A stretch of DNA of 64,000 bases, from positions 1 to 64,000 of the IMG/VR virus record IMGVR_UViG_3300050821_001227; one strand, given 5' to 3'. The notes beneath the pieces are model-generated. The model was not told where the DNA came from. It saw only the letters and a list, made by a program, of their open reading frames with translations, and did no database searches. Made by a program: the position numbers and the translations under genes. Origin of the DNA: a virus. Positions 45,140 to 56,029 of this stretch are shown here, one piece after another; within the stretch, counting starts at the first letter, position 1, and every line of letters begins with the position of its first letter.

Positions 45140-46735
45140 ATGGCAAATACAAAAATTAGTGCGCTGCCCTCGGGTAATCCAGCGCAGGCGGGAGACATCA
45201 TTCCGATTGACCGAGCAGGAGCAAATTTTGGCATCACTGCGGGCAGCGTCGGAACGTTGTTTAGCGGTATCGGGTCGGCAGTGATTTTGGCTGACGATAT
45301 GGTGGGAGCCGACTGGGGCGCGAAAGTTCAAGCAGCCGATACGCAACTCGGCGTCACTGCCGGGGAGATTTGGATCACGCAAGCAGCAGGAACATCTGCG
45401 CCTGCGGCAAACATCACTTTGAACAACGGCCACGTTCTGCGGTTCTTGCAAGGCGGGACATGGGCATTGGGTGCGCATAGCATCATCATTCCTGCTGGAG
45501 TTCTCGGTGCCGCTATTATCGGCTCAGGCGGAATCGAGACCACCGGACTGACTTATACCGGAACCGGGTTCGCCATTGTGGTTGGAGCAGCAGGGGCAAC
45601 GCTAACTGAAGGCGTAACCCTACAAGATTTGTTCATTCAATGTCAGAGCGCATCAGATAACGCCGGATGCGTGCAACTTTTGGTCACGCTGTTTGTTAAC
45701 CTCGTGCGATGCTCATTAGCCTGTAACACGGCGCATGCTCAATACGGCGTTCTGTCAGATGGAACAGGTAACTTTTCATCCTACACGACGCTCCAATTCT
45801 GCACAATCAACCTCGCTAAGTTCGCTGTTAAGTTCACAGGATCAAGCAACGCCAACATTCTTATTGGGGGCAGCGCTACGGGAAACTTATCGGTTGTTGC
45901 TGGGTCGATTGGCGTGGATATCGACAACGGCGACAGTTGCAACTTGATGAATTTTGACATTGAGAGTTATGCAATTGGGCTGCGCTTAAATTCATCCCAC
46001 ACATTGGTGAATGCTCTACGTTCCGAAGCCAATACAACGGATGTGAACTTCACAGCCTCGGCCACTTCCAACAAAGTTTTTACGATTGATGCATCGGGAA
46101 CTCTGACCGTCGTTAATTCTGGAGGAGCGACTAACCAGATTTTGTATTCGGACCAAGCGCTTGCTTTAGCGATAGCCGACATCAACACATCGGGGCAAGT
46201 AACCGCCACGCACCTTGCAGCGGCATTGCCAGTGAATCAGGGAGGGACTTCTCAGACGCAAGCAGGCCAGTACGGCCTGATGATTGCCCGTAGCGCCGTT
46301 AACGTATTGCAATCCACTCAAGCCGAGGCTGTGGTCTTTACCGCTACTATTCCAGCGGGATTTCTTACCGCTAATGGAGTGGTTGATATTGCACTTGCTG
46401 TGCGCAATTTGACGGTTACGGGTTCGAATACGTATCGCATTCGTGTAGGCGCTCACGGAAGCGGTCTGACCGGAGCAATCATTGCGAGTACCGCATCGGC
46501 TAGTTCAAATATTCAGATGACTTTTCGAGGGACACTGGCCAATCGAGGAGCAACCAATTCTCAACTTGGGGCCTTCCTCATTCAGTCAGCCAACACCGTG
46601 GATGGTTCCTCGCAGCACAGTACCGCATCGGTTGACACCACCGCTGCATGGGACATAGTCGTCACAATGCAGCAAACAAATGCAGACGCCAGTGGCGCAG
46701 ATTTTCAAAGCGCGTGCGTCATCGTTTATCCATAA
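45140..46735 (+). CDS. tailspike/tail fibre (probable beta-helix)
   Basis: MANTKISALP N-terminus, beta-repeat character, LPVNQGGT. Confidence 0.7.
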   Translation: MANTKISALPSGNPAQAGDIIPIDRAGANFGITAGSVGTLFSGIGSAVILADDMVGADWGAKVQAADTQLGVTAGEIWITQAAGTSAPAANITLNNGHVLRFLQGGTWALGAHSIIIPAGVLGAAIIGSGGIETTGLTYTGTGFAIVVGAAGATLTEGVTLQDLFIQCQSASDNAGCVQLLVTLFVNLVRCSLACNTAHAQYGVLSDGTGNFSSYTTLQFCTINLAKFAVKFTGSSNANILIGGSATGNLSVVAGSIGVDIDNGDSCNLMNFDIESYAIGLRLNSSHTLVNALRSEANTTDVNFTASATSNKVFTIDASGTLTVVNSGGATNQILYSDQALALAIADINTSGQVTATHLAAALPVNQGGTSQTQAGQYGLMIARSAVNVLQSTQAEAVVFTATIPAGFLTANGVVDIALAVRNLTVTGSNTYRIRVGAHGSGLTGAIIASTASASSNIQMTFRGTLANRGATNSQLGAFLIQSANTVDGSSQHSTASVDTTAAWDIVVTMQQTNADASGADFQSACVIVYP

Positions 46736-46888
46736 GATTCACCGTGGCGCGCCGACCAACGCAATTGGGACGGCTGTTTTCGCGGTTGATTTTATCGTAG
46801 AATGTTTAGGTAATTAAGCAAGACGTGGAACAGAGGACTTCTAAAGAAGGCCACGTAAATATGTGCTCTGGAGGAAAAGGAAACGACA

Positions 46889-47689
46889 ATGAAGAATCTG
46901 TTACTAGCCGCAGTTCTGGCCCTGAGCACATTGTGCGTCGGCCAAGAAGCCACCACGATTTCAACCACGCCCGCTCCCACACAGGCGACCCAGTCACTCG
47001 CGAGTAGCGTCTACAAAGCTGTGACGCTGCTCTACAGTCAGGACGAAAACGGCGGGATGCACATGCACTGTACGGCCACCGCGTACAAGAAGACGGAAAA
47101 GGGATATCGGTTCGTGACCGCGTCCCATTGCGTACCGGGCGAGTCTCCCGAGGAGCAAGCAGACACCAAGTATTTCATCACGGCGGACGCCGAAGGTGAG
47201 AAGACGTACATCAAGGCGACACTCGTTGCGGCCAGCGACAAGACTAGCGGCGAAGACTTCGCGATCTTCCAAGTGGACACGAAGGCGAACTTCGAAGTCA
47301 TCCCACTGGGAGACAATGCTAAGCTGCATCTGGGATCGCAAGTCATCGACGTAGCCGGGCCTCTTGGTCTAGGCAAGCAGTTCTTCCAAGGATACGTCAG
47401 CAACCTGAAGTTGGATCGTCCCAAGCTGGACGCTGGCGAGATTCAATGGAAAGACGTGATGCTCGTTGTGATCGGTGGCGGACCCGGTTCTAGCGGATCG
47501 TCCATCGTCTCCGAAGAACAGAAAGCAATCGTCGGTTTCCTCGTCGGTAGCTTCAGCGCGAACATCGGCGTCATTTGCGTTCCTGTCGATGATTTCAAAG
47601 TGTTCGAAAGCAAAGTTGATGCCGGATCGTACGGCGACAAATCGGCCCTCGAACGGATGATTAAGAAAGTCATCAACGAGAAGAAATAG
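46889..47689 (+). CDS. secreted trypsin-like serine protease
   Basis: signal peptide; VTASHC, DFAI, GPGSSGS. Confidence 0.85.
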   Translation: MKNLLLAAVLALSTLCVGQEATTISTTPAPTQATQSLASSVYKAVTLLYSQDENGGMHMHCTATAYKKTEKGYRFVTASHCVPGESPEEQADTKYFITADAEGEKTYIKATLVAASDKTSGEDFAIFQVDTKANFEVIPLGDNAKLHLGSQVIDVAGPLGLGKQFFQGYVSNLKLDRPKLDAGEIQWKDVMLVVIGGGPGSSGSSIVSEEQKAIVGFLVGSFSANIGVICVPVDDFKVFESKVDAGSYGDKSALERMIKKVINEKK

Positions 47690-47697
47690 GAGTTACC

Positions 47698-48651
47698 GTG
47701 GCACTCGCAACGAATACAATACTGGGCTCGATGGAGTGGGCGAAGCGATTTAACTTCAACCGACCATCGGGCATCGGCAGCCGTCTGGAGCCTGCAAAGA
47801 CCAGCGCAAACATCGTGATGCAGACGATCCTCAGTCCGCCATTCAAATGGTGGTGGAATAATGAGGAGTGGACGTTCACATGTTCGCCCACGCCTCTCAC
47901 TGCTACACCCACAGGTAACGTTAGCATCACTGCTGGCATCCTCACCATGACGGTGACGACCACAATTGGCGTGCAGCAGATCATTCTGTTGAGCGGCTTC
48001 ACGGCAGCAACTGTGCTGAACGGCCAGTCGGCAGTCATGCTGACGAACAACGGAACCACGATTACGGCGCAGATCAACCTGCCCAATCTGACTCCTACTG
48101 CGGCAACAGGCGGGCTAATCACTGCCGGGAGCACGCAGGATTATTCGCTATTGATTCCCGAGTTCAGCCACATTGAGCACGCCAGCGTTCTCGACATATC
48201 TAAGACCCCGAACAAGTGGATCGAACTGACCGTGAAGGACAGTCTGGCACTCGATAGCAACACCGGGCGTCCTGAGTTCATCGAACCGCACATACAGGAC
48301 GCGGCAGGCAATGTCACGTTCCGTCTCATGAAGGCTCCGAACTTGGCGTACCCTGTGTCGATACACATCCAAAAGACGGCAGTGCAGGTCACTAGCCTCA
48401 ACCAAACGTGGGCTCCGATTCCGGACTTCATGGAGTACATCTACAATCAAGGATTCTTGGCTGCCATGTACGCCTTCTCCGACGATCCTCGTCGCGCCGA
48501 AGCAAGTCAGAAGTTCGTCACCCATCTGTTGGGACGACAATCTGGCATCTCGGCCACCGACCGCAATATCTTCTTGAACAACTGGAATGACCTGACCGAA
48601 CTGGAAAAAATGACCATGAGCCAAGGAGTTCAGGCGCGAGGAAATGGATAA
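47698..48651 (+). CDS. putative adaptor/tail tubular protein
   Basis: PPFKWWWN and PIPDF motifs shared with 42220-43551. Confidence 0.6.
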   Translation: MALATNTILGSMEWAKRFNFNRPSGIGSRLEPAKTSANIVMQTILSPPFKWWWNNEEWTFTCSPTPLTATPTGNVSITAGILTMTVTTTIGVQQIILLSGFTAATVLNGQSAVMLTNNGTTITAQINLPNLTPTAATGGLITAGSTQDYSLLIPEFSHIEHASVLDISKTPNKWIELTVKDSLALDSNTGRPEFIEPHIQDAAGNVTFRLMKAPNLAYPVSIHIQKTAVQVTSLNQTWAPIPDFMEYIYNQGFLAAMYAFSDDPRRAEASQKFVTHLLGRQSGISATDRNIFLNNWNDLTELEKMTMSQGVQARGNG

Positions 48652-48653
48652 CC

Positions 48654-49067
48654 ATGCAGTGTATCATCTGCCACGGTGAGTTTGAGCAAACACGGTCCAA
48701 TCGAGTCTGTTGCTCACACAAGTGTGCGCAGGCGAAGTGGTTTCGCGACCAAGGGGCTAACTACTTCGCAGATAGATATGCAGCAAACCCAGAAGCTGCA
48801 AAGGCTGCGGTAAAGAGGCACACCGCAAAATTAAAAGATATTGTCTATCTGGCTACTGTAATAGACCCAAAGTTTCTAACGCTCGACCACGTCAATAACG
48901 ACGGGCACGAGCATCGCAAAGTTTTGAAGCATCGCAATCCTGCAACGCTATATCGCTGGATTATAGAGAACAACTTCCCACCGATGTTTCAGGTACTCTG
49001 CTTTAACTGCAACTGTGGCAAGAATGTAAATGGCGGCATCTGTCCGCATTTCGGAGATAAATTATGA
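48654..49067 (+). CDS. HNH endonuclease-like, possibly degenerate
   Basis: FLTLDHVNNDG...FQVLCFNCN; no CxxC directly before the DH motif. Confidence 0.7.
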   Translation: MQCIICHGEFEQTRSNRVCCSHKCAQAKWFRDQGANYFADRYAANPEAAKAAVKRHTAKLKDIVYLATVIDPKFLTLDHVNNDGHEHRKVLKHRNPATLYRWIIENNFPPMFQVLCFNCNCGKNVNGGICPHFGDKL

Positions 49068-50263
49068 GTGCTCCTACAAAGGTGCAATTGGTTGGTGGGC
49101 ATTTCCAAGACACGATGGGCAACATTCTCGCAGAAGGCTCCTTGGTGATGGAGTTGGTGCAGGATGAGCAACTCTCCAACAGCACTGGGCAGGTTTGCGG
49201 CGGCATAAAAATTACCGTACCACTGGACGAGGAAGGTAACGTGTTCGGTACCTCTGGTGATGAGTCGGAGCCTAACCAGTACGTATGGCCCACTGACGTG
49301 ATGACGCCTTCGGGCGCTTCTTATACTGTGTGGGGATATGCGGCAGATGGGCAGCTTGCTTGGGGTCCGAATTACAATCTTCTGGTTCCCAGTGGCGCAA
49401 CGTTTGATGTTGATAACTGGATTCCTAATTCGACGGGGAACAATGGTGCCGGAAATACAGGCGGCATCACTCTTCAAACAAACGGAACCAATAACGGCAG
49501 TCAGCAGTTACTTGATTTACAACAAGGTGCGAACATTACTTTGACCGACAACGGTTCTGGGCAGATTACAATTTCGTCTGCCGGGTCGAGTGGTCCGAGA
49601 AACCGAAGCTGGCATGGTTGGACTACGGATGGTTCGGATGCAGTCATTTCTCCAGTAGACGGTTTTGGTTGTACACCTTCGGGTTCAAGTTCCTCCGGTC
49701 TTGGTGTCGCACCAACTGCTGCACTACCAGCGATGGTAAACATCAACACAGGTGCCGCGTCAAGCGTTCAGTACGTAGCTGCGAATGGGTCTCCTCACAC
49801 AGTTGGCAAAACTGTTACATTAGGCATTTTGGGGTTGGTTGAGTTAAAAGCGCAGCAACCCGCGACAACTACGAAGCGCGTATGGATTGGTTTGTTGGGC
49901 GGTATGCCAAACAATGCGACATTTTATGCATCGGATACTCCAGTCGAACCGACGTGCGCATTCAGGTACTCGACCCATGCAAGCGATACCGCGTGGGAAT
50001 GTGTTGTCACGGACGGTACGACCCAGTTGACCGTTAGTTCGAGCGTTGCTATTGACACCGCACTGCACACATTCGCGATTCAATTCACGACTCCAAATGT
50101 TTTGTTTTTCATTGACGGAGTATTGGTCGCAACTGTAGCAATTACGACTACAACCCTGACCACGGCTACGGGGTTCTGTCCGTGCATGACGGTGGATAAC
50201 GTTGGGTCAAGTAACAATGTGTCGTCGAATCTCAGTTACATTTATTGGGACACAAACGTCTAA
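49064..50263 (+). CDS. virion/tail protein with lectin-like C-terminus
   Basis: QGANITLT linker; HTFAI...FFIDGVLV. Confidence 0.6.
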   Translation: MSAPTKVQLVGGHFQDTMGNILAEGSLVMELVQDEQLSNSTGQVCGGIKITVPLDEEGNVFGTSGDESEPNQYVWPTDVMTPSGASYTVWGYAADGQLAWGPNYNLLVPSGATFDVDNWIPNSTGNNGAGNTGGITLQTNGTNNGSQQLLDLQQGANITLTDNGSGQITISSAGSSGPRNRSWHGWTTDGSDAVISPVDGFGCTPSGSSSSGLGVAPTAALPAMVNINTGAASSVQYVAANGSPHTVGKTVTLGILGLVELKAQQPATTTKRVWIGLLGGMPNNATFYASDTPVEPTCAFRYSTHASDTAWECVVTDGTTQLTVSSSVAIDTALHTFAIQFTTPNVLFFIDGVLVATVAITTTTLTTATGFCPCMTVDNVGSSNNVSSNLSYIYWDTNV

Positions 50264-50273
50264 GGAGCACTAA

Positions 50274-53200
50274 ATGCCAGCACAGATTCCAGCAAATGGC
50301 GGACAGCCACAGAAACCTACGAAGTCGGCGTCCCTGTACACTGGACGATTTTTCCAAGGTCTTAATACAAACAGAAGCCCGCTGCGTATGGGCGGGATGA
50401 CTTGGATTTACGAGAAGTTCTACGGCGGGCAGAACGATGCTTTGATCGGCGGACTTAACACAGAAATCAGCAATCGTCTGACCCTGTGCCGTCGTCCCGG
50501 CAACCCTGTCTACACCAATCCCACGAGTGGTGTAGTCAGCGCCACGTTTGACGACGTGGATCGTTTTGAGTCGTTCCACTTGCTTGGTCCCACGACCGAG
50601 GACATTGATGTTATGATCGACACCGTTGGAACCTCTGGTGGCGATCAGCCTAGCATCTGGACAGGTCTGGATGCTACTGGCGTACGCGGAACCTTTCCGG
50701 GCGGAAGCAAAAAACAACTTGTGTTCCAGAAGTCTGTGGCGCAGCAAGCGTACATGGAATCGGTCGGCAACACTCTGTTCTTTGGTGATGGCGCTGAACA
50801 GCGTAAATGGCTGGAGACGGTCATTACGTGGGCAAGCATTCCTTCGGGCGTGCTCTCAGCCGGACAGTACCCGTACTACACGACGTACCTTGTCGATTCG
50901 AATTTTAACATCCAACAATTGATCGGCACGATTCTAAACAACTCGGGCAGTTCCAACCACGTCACTATCGCCTCCGATGGCGTCACGGTGACGTTGAACT
51001 TTGCGTCTGCTGGCGTTGTCACGAACTCAGGGCTGGTATCTGGTACCACGGCACTGCCGCAATCTGGCAGCCCGGTTACCTTCATCGACTTTACAACCGT
51101 CACACAGTTGAACGGCCAGCTTGGGTACGTCACCAATATCGCGGGAGCCGTTGTGACCGTGGTTCTGACTACCGCAGTTGCGCCTCACTCTGTTGTGTCC
51201 GATCCCGGCAACATGATTATCGTGAATGGCGGAACACCGACCAAAGGTAACAGCGAACCGACATGGGCAACTGTCGCGCTGGCACCCGCAGCCGTGTGGC
51301 CTTTCCCTGATAACGTTCTCACCATCGACGGCACCGCGCTGTGGATCAATCGCAGCCTAGTCACGTCTACACAAGCCGCAGGTATTTTCAACTGGGGTAT
51401 CAAGGGACCGACAGGGCAATTGGCCAAGGTCTCGCCGAATATTGGCAGCGGAACATGGCAGCCGAACACGTACTACTCGCTCGATGGCGTACTGATCGAT
51501 AGCAACGGAAACCTTCAACAGGTCTCCACGGTTGGCACTGGCGGAGCAGTAACCCCGACTTGGCAGACGAGTGTTGGTCTGGTCACCAGCGCAACAGGCG
51601 GAACCGCAAAATGGACGATGATCCAGACTGCGGCTTCTCTGACGTACGCAAGCGGCACCGTGTACTGTCCAGAGCACGTCGATCCTATTTCCGGGCAACC
51701 TGTGAATGGGACCGGACAGTACATCAAGCAGAACGCTGCTGGCGTACCTTGCTTGTTTCAGCTTCAACCGAACATCCAGCCGCAAATCATTCAGCAAGCG
51801 GCAACACCGTCGAACACTAACATGAGTGCGGGCGACTATGTTGATCTGTGGTACTACGCTGGAGACGGCAATTCCGGATTATTCAAACCCGTGCCAGCCA
51901 CAACTGGTGGCGCAACGGCGACCGCAAAAGTCAACAGTTTGATTTTCAATCCCGGTCCGGACCCGAACGAACAACCCATGGTTAATGCTACGCTGAACCA
52001 AGCGGGCGAAATCACGGGTGTCACGACTCCGTGGGCAAGCGCGACCGCGAATTACAGCATGGTGGCTTTGTTCTCTGTCCTCATCACGCCAGAGTTCATG
52101 TTGGCTACTGGCGGACAATGCCAGTTGCTCATAAGCCACGATGACGGAATGGTCATCGGCTGCGCTCAGTCGAACGTGACATGGGCAGGCCCGCAGAACC
52201 TCAACGGTCAGTCAGTGTCAGCCCTGAACAGCTTCGCTCTGATTGGCGGAAACAACGTCAATGGCGATGTTGAAGATACCGGAATCATCACCTTCCCGAA
52301 CGCGGGCGTGTATGATTTCGAAATCAACTACTTTCAAAACATTAACGAACAAACACTTGTCGTGCAGATGAACGGCTTCACGCCTCCTCCTGCTGTCGGT
52401 CCTTACACCGTCACATCCTGCGCTAATGCATCGGCAGGAAGCACTGTGTACGCCGGGACGTTCCCGGTTGGTGTTGCAAGTCCAGTCGGACAGACGTTCG
52501 ACGTTACGGGCTTCGTCACGAATCCGGGCAACAATGGGTACTGGCCTTGCACAGCAGCGACGACCACGCACTTGACGTTGACCAACCCGAACGGTGTTGC
52601 AGAGACGGCAACCGCTGTGGCGACGTGTAAGAGCATTCGTACGATGGCAGCAGCATCGGCACCTTCTTGGCCCTCATGGGGCGTAGGAAGTGCGCCGGGC
52701 TATCCTTCTGTCACAGAGCAAGGCAGCTATCCCGGTAATGGGCACGGTGTGTACGCCCCCACGGGCGGAACCGCGACATGGAACAACCATGGGCCTGCGG
52801 CAGACTTTGTGTTCAAAGCGAACCAGAGTTTTACGCTGGCTGACACCATCACTACGGATGTCAACCAGAATCAAGAAGCGCCCTATCGAACGGGCTACAC
52901 TTCTACGGTTCAACCGACTTGGCAGAAGGCGCTCAACGCGCTGACCACCGATAACCCGAATCTGGTATGGATCAATCAAGGTCCACAGGCTTCGACCGCA
53001 AATCCGACGACACTGACCGCAGCTTCTGGTTGGAAGTACGGAGTCGCGCTTGTCAACTCTCTTGACGACACCGTATCCAATATGTCTCAGTTCTCACCGA
53101 CTACAGGGCCAGTGACGAATGCGTCATACATCAACATCCCAGCAGGGTACGGCTTGCCGCCGATTGCGCAGATCGACCCGCAAGCAGACTATGTCAACAT

Positions 53201-54476
53201 CTACCGTACGACAGATGGTGGAGCAATCCCTCTTCTGATCCCCGGCGTTGACAACAGCGGTTACACGATCCCCCTGAACGAGTACCTGAAGAACGGATTT
53301 CAAGACACAACTCAGGACACCGGGTTGAACACTGAAATAACAGGAGCACAGGCTGGAGAGAACACCCCTCCCGCTCTCGGCGCGATAAACTTGGTCTATC
53401 ACCTGAATCGTCTCTGGTACAGCATCGGAAACGTAGTTTATTATACGACCGGCCCGGCAACCCCGGATGGTAACGGGTTGAACGGAACGGCCCCACTGAA
53501 CTTTGACCAGATGCCTTCACTCGTCAAGAGAATGTTCCCGACTTCAATCGGTCTTCTCGTGTTCACCATTTCCGATGTGTACATCATTGCGGGACAAGGA
53601 ACCACGACCAACCCGATTCAGCCCGGCGAACCTTATCTGCCGGGAGTCGGACTACTGAGCTACAACGCGCTAGACAACTGTGGCACCATCATCGGCCTTC
53701 TGACAACAGACGGAACTCAGATGATGATCGACCCCGGTGGAGGTTTCATTGACTCCGGTCAGCCCATTGGTAACAACTTTGCGCTCCGGAAGAACGACGT
53801 TCTCGGTCAGAACTGGAACCCGTCCGATGCATACGTCGCATGGTACGTGAACGGCGAAGATCAAGCATGGTATATCGCGGATGGACAGACGGGATGGTAC
53901 AGACTGTGTGCCACGCCTGCTCCTGAAACGGGATATAGTTGGTCACCCTTTGCTCAGATCGCTGGCGGAACTAATGATTCGCCTTCGATACAAGCTGTGC
54001 AGAGTATTGAAGTTCAGCCCGGCATCAAGAGACTTTTGAGCGGACCCTTTGGGACTGGTCAGATTCTGCGGCGTGCATCTCTGGCAACCCCATCCTTCAC
54101 AGATGGAGCGGCAGCGTATCGTGCGTATGCAGACATAGGCTCCTTGGTACTGGTTGACCCCGGCCAAGCAGCAGGCGTGAACTTCGTGACCACAGAGTGT
54201 GTGAAGGTAGGAACTCCACTCACCCTCGGCATGTTGTTCGACGAAGCCGAACCGTACACCAACGTGCCGTTCTCCATTCTACGGAACTGGGAGAATGATC
54301 CACCTAACCGTCCCAAGTCCCGCAGTCTTCTGTCACAGCGTTTCTATGTGTCAGACGACGAAGACATCGACGCAATTTGTCGGAACATTCAGTTGCGGGT
54401 AGACTGGGGCACCGATACAGTACAGAACGAATTGCTCACTTATAGTGTGTTCGGTTCGTACTATGCTGAAAACTAG
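50274..54476 (+). CDS. large tail nozzle/tubular-B-like protein with inserted domains
   Basis: 1400 aa; N-terminal RRPG, NIYRT, repeated PTW...W units, HDDG (PA14-like). Confidence 0.65.
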   Translation: MPAQIPANGGQPQKPTKSASLYTGRFFQGLNTNRSPLRMGGMTWIYEKFYGGQNDALIGGLNTEISNRLTLCRRPGNPVYTNPTSGVVSATFDDVDRFESFHLLGPTTEDIDVMIDTVGTSGGDQPSIWTGLDATGVRGTFPGGSKKQLVFQKSVAQQAYMESVGNTLFFGDGAEQRKWLETVITWASIPSGVLSAGQYPYYTTYLVDSNFNIQQLIGTILNNSGSSNHVTIASDGVTVTLNFASAGVVTNSGLVSGTTALPQSGSPVTFIDFTTVTQLNGQLGYVTNIAGAVVTVVLTTAVAPHSVVSDPGNMIIVNGGTPTKGNSEPTWATVALAPAAVWPFPDNVLTIDGTALWINRSLVTSTQAAGIFNWGIKGPTGQLAKVSPNIGSGTWQPNTYYSLDGVLIDSNGNLQQVSTVGTGGAVTPTWQTSVGLVTSATGGTAKWTMIQTAASLTYASGTVYCPEHVDPISGQPVNGTGQYIKQNAAGVPCLFQLQPNIQPQIIQQAATPSNTNMSAGDYVDLWYYAGDGNSGLFKPVPATTGGATATAKVNSLIFNPGPDPNEQPMVNATLNQAGEITGVTTPWASATANYSMVALFSVLITPEFMLATGGQCQLLISHDDGMVIGCAQSNVTWAGPQNLNGQSVSALNSFALIGGNNVNGDVEDTGIITFPNAGVYDFEINYFQNINEQTLVVQMNGFTPPPAVGPYTVTSCANASAGSTVYAGTFPVGVASPVGQTFDVTGFVTNPGNNGYWPCTAATTTHLTLTNPNGVAETATAVATCKSIRTMAAASAPSWPSWGVGSAPGYPSVTEQGSYPGNGHGVYAPTGGTATWNNHGPAADFVFKANQSFTLADTITTDVNQNQEAPYRTGYTSTVQPTWQKALNALTTDNPNLVWINQGPQASTANPTTLTAASGWKYGVALVNSLDDTVSNMSQFSPTTGPVTNASYINIPAGYGLPPIAQIDPQADYVNIYRTTDGGAIPLLIPGVDNSGYTIPLNEYLKNGFQDTTQDTGLNTEITGAQAGENTPPALGAINLVYHLNRLWYSIGNVVYYTTGPATPDGNGLNGTAPLNFDQMPSLVKRMFPTSIGLLVFTISDVYIIAGQGTTTNPIQPGEPYLPGVGLLSYNALDNCGTIIGLLTTDGTQMMIDPGGGFIDSGQPIGNNFALRKNDVLGQNWNPSDAYVAWYVNGEDQAWYIADGQTGWYRLCATPAPETGYSWSPFAQIAGGTNDSPSIQAVQSIEVQPGIKRLLSGPFGTGQILRRASLATPSFTDGAAAYRAYADIGSLVLVDPGQAAGVNFVTTECVKVGTPLTLGMLFDEAEPYTNVPFSILRNWENDPPNRPKSRSLLSQRFYVSDDEDIDAICRNIQLRVDWGTDTVQNELLTYSVFGSYYAEN

Positions 54477-54484
54477 GAGCAACT

Positions 54485-55186
54485 ATGCCCTCAGTCCAAG
54501 ACGCAATCAACGCAGATCGTTCGAAGCTGACACCTATCAGTGACGCGCAGCAGATGGATCAAAAACCACCTGCTGCGCAAAGCGATTCGCGCCTCAATAG
54601 TTTGTTGAAGTCGCCCTACGCACGCTGTCCACTGCCTGCGTCGAACAACTCAGCCGACTCGTTGCGTCAATGGGGACAAGGCACGGATGTTCCAGTGTTT
54701 CGAACATCGGCACCTCCACTCAATTCCAACAATGGGGGCGGCAGCACCATAATCAATAGTAGTGCCACATCTTCAAGTAGCTCCGGTGGCACTACACCAG
54801 CTACTCTGCCGAGTTCGCAGAACGCCAGCGTAACAACGCCGACGTTAGCACCCGGCCAAACATGGACAGGCACGTTGCAGATGGCGAAGTCCTTCATCGT
54901 AGTTCAGGTGACTGGTAGTGCATTCTGCCGCGTCGAACTGTATGGCACCAAGATCGCGCAGACGCTCGATATAGGCCGTCCGGTTACGCAGGGTCCATCG
55001 AACACCACGACGGGTCTCATCTTAGATGTAGCGTTGCTAACCGCCAAGACATGGCAGGTTCTGGACTGTGTAGGATCGAACGATGATTCGACGCGGTCGG
55101 CAACGATCTACATCACGGTCACAAATCTTTCAACGGGCGCAGGAGCAATCACGGCCTCGTTGTTGTTTGTACCAGAGGAAAGTTAG
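54485..55186 (+). CDS. virion protein
   Basis: AGGAG SD, Ser/Thr-rich. Confidence 0.65.
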   Translation: MPSVQDAINADRSKLTPISDAQQMDQKPPAAQSDSRLNSLLKSPYARCPLPASNNSADSLRQWGQGTDVPVFRTSAPPLNSNNGGGSTIINSSATSSSSSGGTTPATLPSSQNASVTTPTLAPGQTWTGTLQMAKSFIVVQVTGSAFCRVELYGTKIAQTLDIGRPVTQGPSNTTTGLILDVALLTAKTWQVLDCVGSNDDSTRSATIYITVTNLSTGAGAITASLLFVPEES

Positions 55187-55197
55187 AGGGTATTTAT

Positions 55198-56022
55198 ACG
55201 TCGGGAACCGCACAAATATTTCCGGTTGTAGGTTCGAATCTAAACATCCCCAACCCTCTGCCCACTAACGTTACTGAATGGGACAGTACCACATTGACCG
55301 GGGCACCTACCAATTGGGGAACCGCGCCATCTGGACTCGTCATCGGCGGGAACGTAGAACTATTTGCAGGCAATTCGGCTCTTGTGTGCGATGGGTCGAG
55401 CCGCCTGCTTGTTAACATTGGAGCAGGCTCTGTCGGCATTGCAGGCTCAGTCGTCGCTACAGTCTCGGGCAATGTTACGGTGAATCAAGGAACGTCCCCG
55501 TGGGCTAGTAAAGATGCGGCGGATATGTCAGGGACGGTGCCCGGAACGGCACCATCTTCAACAGTAATTGTCGGAGAAATTTACAACAGCGCGGCCCCGG
55601 TCCCTATGGCAGGGCAGACGTTGCCAATACAGGCCGATGCTTACGGCAATGCATTTACACGAACCTCGCGACGGAGCCTTACAGTTGCACAGGCTACAAC
55701 CATCGCAAGTTCGACAGCAGTAACTACGGTTTTGGCAGCGCAAGCTGCTAATGTGTTTGCCGATATCACTGATTTGGTTATAACCGTGACGCCGCAGTCC
55801 GTTACAGGCGTGACAGGCACGGCAACGCTTTCGGATGGTACCAATAGTTATGTGTTTGATATCGTGGACGCCACTCTTACGGGTACGGTGAGCGCGCTCG
55901 TGATGAATTTCACTACACCCTTGGCCGCAGCGACGGCAGCGACAGCATGGACAATTGCCCTTAGTAATGGTACAATGACAGTGCACGTCGTAATTAATGC
56001 TGTTTTGCAGAAAGTTTCATAG
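55198..56022 (+). CDS. virion protein, start uncertain (ACG 55198 or TTG 55294)
   Basis: VTVNQGTSPW motif; frame open well upstream of the TTG. Confidence 0.6.
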   Translation, partial: TSGTAQIFPVVGSNLNIPNPLPTNVTEWDSTTLTGAPTNWGTAPSGLVIGGNVELFAGNSALVCDGSSRLLVNIGAGSVGIAGSVVATVSGNVTVNQGTSPWASKDAADMSGTVPGTAPSSTVIVGEIYNSAAPVPMAGQTLPIQADAYGNAFTRTSRRSLTVAQATTIASSTAVTTVLAAQAANVFADITDLVITVTPQSVTGVTGTATLSDGTNSYVFDIVDATLTGTVSALVMNFTTPLAAATAATAWTIALSNGTMTVHVVINAVLQKVS

Positions 56023-56029
56023 AGGACAC

